DNA from: Candidatus Niyogibacteria bacterium
Lineage (GTDB): Bacteria; Patescibacteriota; Minisyncoccia; HO2-45-28
Length of the DNA stretch: 64,000 nt
Direction: 5' to 3'
NCBI GenBank assembly: GCA_016432485.1
Contig: CP066691.1
Coordinates: 153,294 to 217,293, forward strand
Part shown: positions 57,745-64,000 of the stretch, one piece after another
Layout: the number at the start of each line of letters is the position of its first letter
How positions within the stretch are numbered: position 1 is the stretch's first letter
The notes under the pieces: generated by a model
Seen by the model: the letters and a program-made list of their open reading frames with translations, nothing else
Told to the model about the DNA's origin: nothing
The model's database searches: none
Position numbers and translations under genes: made by a program

Positions 57745-58377
57745 TCATTTATTAAATCCAGAAACCGCGGAAACTATATCAGACGGCTCTTTTACATGGA
57801 TTTTATGCGGCCGTTCTCTATGGTAACCCCAGCCGTATTCAACTAAAATGACATTTTTAATTCCTGCCTCATCTGCTATATCAGCATCTATGTCTCTGTC
57901 TCCAATATAAATAACCCCCTCCTTGCCCAGCCCAAGATCTAATAATACGTTAATTATAGCTTCGCTTTTCTGGAAAGGTATTCCCACATTTTTTCCTATA
58001 ATTTTTTTAAAATAATGGGTTAACTTATATTTATCAAATTTCTGTTTAACTTCCTCTATTAAATTATTCGTGGCTAAAATCAAAATGTATTTGGAGCTAA
58101 GTTTTTCTAAAACTTCCGGTACTCCTTCATATAATTTTGGCTCTTTTTTCAAAATCAATTCAGCAAACATTATTCTCGCTCTTTCTATATCTTTTTCAGA
58201 AAACCCCAAATTTTTATAAGTCTCTTTTGCGCTATAACCATATATTTTTTTGAAATCTTCTAAAGAATCGGGGCAAACTGCCCCAACTTCTCTACAAATC
58301 TCCTGGTATATTTCATGTACCGTTCCGAACGAATCCACTATCACGCCGTCATAGTCAAAAATTATAGCTTTTATCAT
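57745..58377 (-). CDS. HAD-superfamily phosphatase (phosphoglycolate phosphatase-like).
   Basis: 210 aa. Motif I IIFDYDGVIVDS and motif IV GDRDIDADIADEAG. Confidence 0.8.
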   Translation of the reverse strand: MIKAIIFDYDGVIVDSFGTVHEIYQEICREVGAVCPDSLEDFKKIYGYSAKETYKNLGFSEKDIERARIMFAELILKKEPKLYEGVPEVLEKLSSKYILILATNNLIEEVKQKFDKYKLTHYFKKIIGKNVGIPFQKSEAIINVLLDLGLGKEGVIYIGDRDIDADIADEAGIKNVILVEYGWGYHRERPHKIHVKEPSDIVSAVSGFNK

Positions 58378-58380
58378 TTA

Positions 58381-58830
58381 TTAAAAACTTTTATATTTAT
58401 CCGTATTTAATAGTCGTTTGATTTCTTTACTGATTTCTGAAATATCGTCTTCGTTCAAAGGCGGCAGGGCGGGCTGTACCAAAAATTCTTCTTTAGTTGC
58501 CGGAAAATTTAACGGAGCGCCGTATTTTTGTATCGGAGCATTTTTTGCTCTTCCATAGAGATGTATGTGCAACAGGTGAGTCCAGTTTCCATTGTCTTGA
58601 TAGTTAATTCTCCCTATTTCAATACCTCTGGAGGAAAGCGCGGTTTTCATTGCTTCTCCTGCAACCATAGTCAATTTCATTAATTCCACAGCATGTTCGG
58701 GGGAAAGCTTGGTTCTATCCTCAACTTCTGTCTTGGGAATGATAATTATATGTCCGCCGTCAGCGCGGGAAATATGCGGACGCTCCGGAACAATTATATT
58801 AAAGCTTTTAGACTCAAAAACTAACGGCAT
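58381..58830 (-). CDS. HIT-family (histidine triad) nucleotide hydrolase/transferase.
   Basis: 149 aa. HLLHIHLYG HxHxH-type triad. Confidence 0.7.
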   Translation of the reverse strand: MPLVFESKSFNIIVPERPHISRADGGHIIIIPKTEVEDRTKLSPEHAVELMKLTMVAGEAMKTALSSRGIEIGRINYQDNGNWTHLLHIHLYGRAKNAPIQKYGAPLNFPATKEEFLVQPALPPLNEDDISEISKEIKRLLNTDKYKSF

Positions 58831-58832
58831 AA

Positions 58833-58878
58833 CAAAAATCCTAGCACAAAATCACGCTTTTTGCGAGCGCGGATTTTT
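58833..58878 (-). promoter_or_regulatory. Repeated upstream element R2, copy 1 (extended -10 TGCTAGGAT). The ATG lies about 9 nt after the -10, so this is likely a leaderless or near-leaderless transcript.
   Basis: caaaaatcctagcacaaaatcacgctttttgcgagcgcggattttt. Confidence 0.5.
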
Positions 58879-58896
58879 GTCTTTATCCCTTGAGGA

Positions 58897-59325
58897 TTAT
58901 TTTTTCTGTTCTTTCAGCTCAATTTCTTCTTTCGTGAAATCAAACTTTACACCGAAAATATCAAAAAATCCCTTTTGCCCAAGAATACCAAAGCCGTGTT
59001 GTGCGATGTCGTAGGAAAATCCAACTGTCGTTTTATAGCCCCAACCGCCAACATTAATAACAATATTGTGCAGAAACGCCTCAGATCCTCCCTTATCTTG
59101 GATGCCGCCAAAGACCTCCTTGATGCCAGAACGCACATTTATCCCTAAGTACTCTCCAACCTCTCCGTCAAATATACAAAAGTCGGCCCCAGAATCTATA
59201 AGGGCTGCATACTTTAATTCCTTATTCTGAAAAGAAATTTTAATAGGAATTATTGGTTTTAACAAAGAGTGGCCGAAAAAGTCAGATTTTTTCGTAAGAG
59301 GAAATTTATGATATCTAAACTTCAT
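58897..59325 (-). CDS. Retropepsin-like (clan AA) aspartic protease.
   Basis: 142 aa. Catalytic ALIDSGAD motif. Confidence 0.6.
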   Translation of the reverse strand: MKFRYHKFPLTKKSDFFGHSLLKPIIPIKISFQNKELKYAALIDSGADFCIFDGEVGEYLGINVRSGIKEVFGGIQDKGGSEAFLHNIVINVGGWGYKTTVGFSYDIAQHGFGILGQKGFFDIFGVKFDFTKEEIELKEQKK

Positions 59326-59522
59326 AAATCCGAACTGCCGACATAAGGAACGATCTTTGTCGGCATACGCATCATAATCGGTTTTTCGTGCCCATTTTCT
59401 TGGGCTTTTTCAAGGGCCTCTTTAAGAGTTTTTCCACTGCCAACAACCGTTTTTTCATCGTCTAACAAGGCCACCCACAGGCCCTTGTATTTTTCATATA
59501 TTTTAGTCCAATCAATAGTCAT
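59322..59522 (-). CDS. DUF5678-family small protein.
   Basis: MTIDWTKIYEKYKGLWVALLDDEKTVVGSGKTLKEALEKA matches the DUF5678 pattern. The start is taken at the internal ATG. The ORF track's 59588 start is a GTG inside the R2 repeat. Confidence 0.5.
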   Translation of the reverse strand: MTIDWTKIYEKYKGLWVALLDDEKTVVGSGKTLKEALEKAQENGHEKPIMMRMPTKIVPYVGSSDL

Positions 59523-59572
59523 ATATTTGAATATTATCAAGATCCAACCATAAAAACAAGACAGTCTATTTA

Positions 59573-59618
59573 TTAAAAATCCTAGCACAAAATTACGCTT
59601 TTTGCGAGCGGGAATTTG
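59573..59618 (-). promoter_or_regulatory. Repeated upstream element R2, copy 2.
   Basis: ttaaaaatcctagcacaaaattacgctttttgcgagcgggaattt. About 40/45 identical to copy 1. Confidence 0.5.
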
Positions 59619-59630
59619 GGTAGTAATTTT

Positions 59631-60068
59631 TTAGTCATCCGAGCCGATATCCGATAAGTTGACCATGTACGTTTTTATGAACTTCTCAATTGCGCTGACG
59701 GCCTCGGCTTTATATTTCGGACCGCTTTCGGCCACCCATTTCGCGAAATTATAAAACTCAACGTCGTCAACTTTAATCCATTTGTTATTTTTATAAAGAA
59801 AAGTCATTAATGCAGTCATGGCTATTCTTTTGTTGCCGTTCTTAAACGGATGATTTTTAATCATTAAGTAAAAAAGAATTGAAGCCTTACCAATCAGGCC
59901 TTTGTAAGCGCTTTTTCCGCCGAACGAATGGAATGGCATAGCCAAGCAGCTTTCAAGAACATTCGGGAAGCGGGTGCCAAAATCGGGAATCGGCTCGTTC
60001 CATTTCATCCATTCGCGGGCAAGTTTATGCGCCACGTATTCAACTTCTTGCGCAGTTAGCCCTCTCAT
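59631..60068 (-). CDS. doc: Doc/Fic-family toxin.
   Basis: 145 aa. Fic motif variant HPFKNGNKR (HxFx[DN][AG]NKR), characteristic of Doc. Confidence 0.7.
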   Translation of the reverse strand: MRGLTAQEVEYVAHKLAREWMKWNEPIPDFGTRFPNVLESCLAMPFHSFGGKSAYKGLIGKASILFYLMIKNHPFKNGNKRIAMTALMTFLYKNNKWIKVDDVEFYNFAKWVAESGPKYKAEAVSAIEKFIKTYMVNLSDIGSDD

Positions 60069-60328
60069 TCTTTTCCAAGCAAACGCAAAGTCTCACCGTA
60101 TTCTTTGACGGTCTTTCTGATGGCTTTATCAATAAGCTCTTTTTTTGAGGCAGTAAGCTCTCCACCGGCCTCAACCGGCAAATCTTTTCGGCCCACGACG
60201 TAATTTTTGCCTATTTTTTTGGCTTTTATCTCGCCGGACATGATTTTCTTCAGTACGGCTTGACGGCTTACACCCAAGGTTTTAGCCACCTCGACGGTGG
60301 AAAAGGTCTTTTTGCCCATATAAATCAA
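60065..60328 (-). CDS. Helix-turn-helix (excisionase/MerR-like) DNA-binding protein, putative antitoxin partner of Doc.
   Basis: 87 aa. FSTVEVAKTLGVSRQAVLKKI HTH. 4-nt overlap with doc. Confidence 0.55.
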   Translation of the reverse strand: MIYMGKKTFSTVEVAKTLGVSRQAVLKKIMSGEIKAKKIGKNYVVGRKDLPVEAGGELTASKKELIDKAIRKTVKEYGETLRLLGKE

Positions 60329-60334
60329 TGATAT

Positions 60335-60385
60335 TTTATGACAACCAAAAAGTCAACGGTTGTCATAATACAAAAATTTTAACCA
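60335..60385 (-). promoter_or_regulatory. Promoter (-35 TTGACT, 17 nt, -10 TATCAT) overlapped by a perfect 9-bp inverted repeat (atgacaacc..ggttgtcat) operator.
   Basis: ttatgacaaccaaaaagtcaacggttgtcataa read directly. Confidence 0.5.
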
Positions 60386-60431
60386 AGATGAACATGGTCG
60401 TTCCAAATCTATATAGTTTCCAATTCATAAA

Positions 60432-61691
60432 CTATCTCCTCGGCTTAAAATTGCGGGATGAGCCGCGGCGATTGAAACGCGGAGGGAATTTTTTTTGAGG
60501 CGGTCTGTTCCCTCCAAATTGAGGCTGTCCTCCTGATGGCAAAGTTATTTGTTGGCGGCGTTCTGGAGGCGTCCCGGGCAATTTTGAAATCGGCAGATTC
60601 TTTTTTATCAAAAATTCTATGGCGCCAACCTCTTTTCTCTGGTCAGGCATGGCAAAAGATATAGCGTGTCCTTCGCGGCCCGCGCGGGCGGTGCGCCCGA
60701 TTCTATGCACGTAATCTTCGGCTTGCTCGGGCAGATCGAAATTAAGCACAAGCTCAATACCCTGCACGTCAATGCCGCGAGAGGCAATATCGGTTGCGAC
60801 CAACACCCGATATTTGCCGGATTTAAACCCTTCAAGCGCGTCTCTGCGTTGGCCGAGCGAACGGTTGCCATGAATTTCAGCAACCCGATGCCCCATAATT
60901 TTCACGCGATAAGCCACTTTTTTCGCGCCGTATTTCGTACGGGTAAAAACCAGAGCCGAACCCTTGTATTCATTAAGAATTTTTTCAAGAAGCCAGAGCT
61001 TATCTTCTTTTTTAACTACAAAAATTTCTTGAGCAACACTTTGAACCGTTGTCCCCGGAGGCGCGACTTCAATCCGAATCGGAAGGCGCATATAGCTGGA
61101 TGCTATTTTCATAATTTCTTGCGGAAGCGTGGCTGAAAAAAGCATGGTCTGGCGGTTTTTAGGAAGCGAATGCAAAATACGCCTTATCTGCGGCTCAAAT
61201 CCCATATCAAGCATGCGGTCCGCTTCATCAAGAACAAGAATATTTATTTTATCCAGCTTCGCGGTTCTGTGCTCAAGGTGGTCAAGCAGACGGCCCGGCG
61301 TCGCGATAATAATATGAGGATTGCGAGCCAGCATCGCTATCTGCGGTTTTAAAGAAAGTCCGCCTATGAGCACCGCTGTTTTCAATCCGAACGAGCGCCC
61401 GATTTTATTCAGCTCCACGTCCACCTGCAAAGCAAGTTCGCGCGTAGGCAAAAGCACTAGGCCTTGGCCTTTGGAGCGCGCCAGAATCTGAATCATCGGA
61501 ATGCCGAAAGCAAGGGTTTTACCCGTGCCGGTCTGGGCTATACCGACTACATCTTTACCCTCAATCGCAATAGGAATAGCTTGGCGCTGAATGGGCGTCG
61601 GCTCCTGAAATTTGTAGCGCGCGATAATATCCAAAAGCGCGGGCGCTATACCCAAGCCGCCGAATGTTTCAAAAACGGATTTAGGATTCAT
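60432..61691 (-). CDS. DEAD-box ATP-dependent RNA helicase.
   Basis: 419 aa. Q-motif, AQTGTGKT, DEAD, SAT and HRIGRTAR motifs, and an RG-rich C-terminal tail. Confidence 0.9.
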   Translation of the reverse strand: MNPKSVFETFGGLGIAPALLDIIARYKFQEPTPIQRQAIPIAIEGKDVVGIAQTGTGKTLAFGIPMIQILARSKGQGLVLLPTRELALQVDVELNKIGRSFGLKTAVLIGGLSLKPQIAMLARNPHIIIATPGRLLDHLEHRTAKLDKINILVLDEADRMLDMGFEPQIRRILHSLPKNRQTMLFSATLPQEIMKIASSYMRLPIRIEVAPPGTTVQSVAQEIFVVKKEDKLWLLEKILNEYKGSALVFTRTKYGAKKVAYRVKIMGHRVAEIHGNRSLGQRRDALEGFKSGKYRVLVATDIASRGIDVQGIELVLNFDLPEQAEDYVHRIGRTARAGREGHAISFAMPDQRKEVGAIEFLIKKNLPISKLPGTPPERRQQITLPSGGQPQFGGNRPPQKKFPPRFNRRGSSRNFKPRR

Positions 61692-61944
61692 TTATATGCG
61701 CCGGCAGCCAGTCCATCAGCTTTTTTCTATGTTTTTCAATTGACCACTCTTCTTTATTTTTTCCTCCGGAGGCGGACCCGCCTTTAACGGAAAAGAGCGC
61801 AGGATAAATCTCCTGAAATTTTTTGAGCATTGATACAGATACAACCGGAAACCCCTGGGGCAAAGTTTGATTGTAGGCTTTCATAAAAACTTCAATAGTC
61901 GTATGCGCCTGATTCAGTTCCAATTGAACATCTCTTCGTTTCAT
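61681..61944 (-). CDS. Hypothetical small protein (87 aa).
   Basis: ORF only. It overlaps the helicase start by 11 nt. Confidence 0.3.
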   Translation of the reverse strand: MKRRDVQLELNQAHTTIEVFMKAYNQTLPQGFPVVSVSMLKKFQEIYPALFSVKGGSASGGKNKEEWSIEKHRKKLMDWLPAHINES

Positions 61945-62034
61945 TACAAATTAATGATAGCACGGGTTAATAAAAAAGGCAAACGAGGAATAAAATTATT
62001 TTGATTTTTTCCGATTAGCCAGTATACTTTTATC

Positions 62035-62148
62035 TAGATTCACTTTAAAAATCGGGGAGCTAAGCGGCATGCGTAGGGCAATGATATTAAATTACGTGCG
62101 GCGGCTTTAATGGATAAATACGCTAAACTATAAGCCGCCCCGCAAGAG
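62035..62148 (+). ncRNA. Candidate small RNA of about 110 nt between a sigma70 promoter (TTGATT, 16 nt, TATACT at 62001-62028) and a weak intrinsic terminator (ccgc..gcgg + T7 at 62125-62147).
   Basis: There is no plus-strand ORF of useful length, only a possible 13-aa peptide. An internal long-range complement exists between gcggcggctt and aagccgcc. Confidence 0.3.
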
Positions 62149-62191
62149 CGGTTTTTTTATTTACTGTTTCTGAAGCTTTAATTAAATATAA

Positions 62192-63628
62192 CTACCTTTT
62201 AGACCATTTGTGCTTGGATTTTCTTACGACGAAACGCGGATCGCCAAACTGCGCCAAAATTATATTCGGCAGAGCTTTCGCGCCTATGGAACGGTTTAGT
62301 TTTCTATATTCCATATTCTTGCTGGTAAGCCCCTCAAAAACGCTTTGACGAATCTTGGCCAAAAGTTTCGGAGCCGGCTTTACGCCGCGCGCAAGCTCAA
62401 CTTCTATGAAGAGTTTCTGGTCGCGCCCATTTCTAAAGAGGCGGGTATAGGCTATAAATTTCCCGGTAACAAATTTATAAACATTTTTGCGTTCAAGGCC
62501 GACTTTTATGTTTTCGGGATAAATGTTTAAAGCGTAAAACGTGGTGGCGACATCCGAACGCGCGCCAAGAAAGATGAAGGGCGACTTCCATTTTTCAAAT
62601 CCCAAAGCCCTTGCCCTATCCAGAATATTGGCCTTTTTCAAAATAACGCGCATATCTTCATGGCCGATTATTCGTCCGGTGTCATGGATGTTATAACGCA
62701 TAAGCGGAATGCCTGCGCGCGCGGTAAATAAAAGCTCGCCTTCGGCCATCTCAAAAAATACATGCCTGGGGTCATACTGCACTATGGTCGGAATAAAAGA
62801 ATCCAGACCAAGAGTTTTTGCAAACGATTTATTTTCAAACGCCGTCCTTCTTATCAAAATAGTTGCCGGAGTTTCGTGTCCAATTGCTCCGGCGTCCGCC
62901 GTGCCGTAAATGCTCACCGAACCGCTAAAACCGTTAAAACCGTTTTTAATTCCCGAAATTTGATGAATTATGGCGCGGTATTTTTCGGAAAAATTTTCTC
63001 CGGCAAAAAGCAGATTTAATCTCAAATTTTTTATGTTTACTTTTTGGGCCCTTGCTTCTTCAATAACATCTCTTAAAAAGGGCGGGTATCCGGCAAGAAT
63101 AATCCGGTCAAAAATCGGCGCGAGATCGCGCAAAATGTTAACCGCGTCTTCTTTTTCAATTGAAGGGGTGATTACGGAGATATTATACCCTTGTTTTTCC
63201 AGCCACCGAACTGATGTCATGGTAAAGGAGCCGGCAATCCAAGTGCCCATGGAAAAACAAACAACAACCAAAGTCCGGTCTTCTTTTTTGACGCCGAAAA
63301 TATCCCTAAAAATCCTTTCATGCTGACGACCGCCAACTTTTTCCTGCTCCTCGCCTCTGGGCCAGTAAAACGGTTTGCCCGAAGAGCCGGAACTTGCTGA
63401 AATCATCGGCGGAACTTTACTTTTGGGGAACAAATCAAAAAAATCAAAGGCTCTCAAATAATGAGGTTTGTCAGTCGCGGGCACTTTAACAAAATCAGCG
63501 TATGAATTGACTTTTACCGGATTTACGCCGTGTTTTCGCAAAAACGACCCATAAGCCGGCACTATTCGCGCCGACTCTTTAAAAAGTTTTAGAGCTTCTT
63601 TAAACCCTTCAGGATTCTTTTTGGCCAT
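62192..63628 (-). CDS. Adenylate-forming enzyme of the phenylacetate-CoA ligase / CapK-like family.
   Basis: 478 aa. Domain pattern of PaaK-like acyl-AMP ligases (SSGSSGKPF motif). Confidence 0.55.
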   Translation of the reverse strand: MAKKNPEGFKEALKLFKESARIVPAYGSFLRKHGVNPVKVNSYADFVKVPATDKPHYLRAFDFFDLFPKSKVPPMISASSGSSGKPFYWPRGEEQEKVGGRQHERIFRDIFGVKKEDRTLVVVCFSMGTWIAGSFTMTSVRWLEKQGYNISVITPSIEKEDAVNILRDLAPIFDRIILAGYPPFLRDVIEEARAQKVNIKNLRLNLLFAGENFSEKYRAIIHQISGIKNGFNGFSGSVSIYGTADAGAIGHETPATILIRRTAFENKSFAKTLGLDSFIPTIVQYDPRHVFFEMAEGELLFTARAGIPLMRYNIHDTGRIIGHEDMRVILKKANILDRARALGFEKWKSPFIFLGARSDVATTFYALNIYPENIKVGLERKNVYKFVTGKFIAYTRLFRNGRDQKLFIEVELARGVKPAPKLLAKIRQSVFEGLTSKNMEYRKLNRSIGAKALPNIILAQFGDPRFVVRKSKHKWSKR

Positions 63629-63773
63629 TAATTTATTCTATAGCGGAAACACAAAAATCTTGACGACCCAGTGTTTATATTAGATTATACTACGGCAACA
63701 ATATTTTGTCAATAGCGTCAAAACCGCATTTTATGCCTTGTAAAACCGCTATAAAATGTTAAAATAAATAATT

Positions 63774-63846
63774 CCGCCCATAGCTCAATTGGTAGAGCAG
63801 CTCCCTTTTAAGGAGAAGGTTCCAGGTTCGATTCCTGGTGGGCGGA
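63774..63846 (+). tRNA. tRNA-Lys (anticodon TTT).
   Basis: Cloverleaf checked by hand. It has a 7-bp acceptor stem CCGCCCA/TGGGCGG, D-stem GCTC/GAGC, anticodon loop CTTTTAA and T-arm CCAGG-TTCGATT-CCTGG. There is one mismatch in the anticodon stem and no encoded CCA. Confidence 0.85.
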
Positions 63847-63852
63847 CTTAAA

Positions 63853-63888
63853 TAAAAACAAACCCAAAACTTGGGTTTGTTTTTATTT
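63853..63888. terminator. Bidirectional terminator.
   Basis: ataaaaacaaacccaa-aact-tgggtttgtttttattt. Confidence 0.6.
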
Positions 63889-64000
63889 ATCTGTTTTTCA
63901 CTGGAATCGAACCCGGGAAGGGGGTCGGGGAAACGGGAGTTTCCCCGTAGTGGAAATATTAAAACCGCAAGGTTTTAAGGAGCGCGAAGCGCGACAGGTT

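Noticed and set aside
1-64000. CRISPR arrays, rRNA genes, transposases and integrases.
   Set aside because: No regularly spaced direct repeats with unique spacers were seen. No rRNA-like conserved stretches were seen. No DDE or tyrosine-recombinase ORFs appear among the translated frames.

Overview
This 64-kb window is low-GC (roughly 40%), gene-dense and mostly coded on the minus strand. It looks like a small-genome bacterium of the Patescibacteria/CPR type: consensus sigma70 promoters with A-rich upstream tracts, very short leaders, minimal ThrRS, and many cohesin/dockerin and DUF-type small proteins. The core genes are a GH1 beta-glucosidase, trmD, khpA-like, frr, holB-like, mreB, murA, dnaE, thrS, miaA, gatB, efp, mutM/fpg, secA, speH plus a speE fusion, hpf, murB, an epimerase / UDP-sugar dehydrogenase / sugar phosphotransferase cluster, def, fmt, a DEAD-box helicase and tRNA-Lys(UUU). 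Four accessory regions interrupt the core. (1) A tandem array of small cassette genes sits against the 3' end of secA (19.4-22.15 kb). Every junction carries a decaying copy of the last ~55 nt of secA, which encode the SecA zinc-finger tail [15 protein letters not shown]. The cargo is a Nudix hydrolase, a hypothetical protein, HicB/HicA, a P-loop kinase and DUF1653. I think this is the most unusual structure in the window. (2) A minus-strand operon (28.6-34.1 kb) encodes a sensor kinase, a response regulator, a dockerin protein and a cohesin-like membrane-anchored protein. (3) An island at 47.3-53.2 kb has sigma70 promoters, GTG/TTG starts, a duplicated 3' gene fragment, palindromic insertions and an 85-bp direct repeat. 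(4) A hydrolase/toxin-antitoxin island at 54.6-60.3 kb holds three Nudix paralogs, HIT, HAD, a histidine phosphatase, an esterase, a retropepsin-like protease with DUF5678, and Doc with an HTH antitoxin. These are organised into operons that share two different repeated promoter/operator elements, plus an AbrB-like regulator. I also see two copies of a roughly 110-bp promoter/5'-UTR module, each driving a tiny ORF followed by a strong terminator. There is a secreted protein with six Cx5Cx3Cx8C repeats and a glutamine-rich tail, a candidate small RNA at about 62.04-62.15 kb, and several GC-rich structured intergenic regions. No rRNA, CRISPR array, transposase or integrase is visible. Coordinates I derived myself rather than taking from the ORF track may be off by 1-2 nt.
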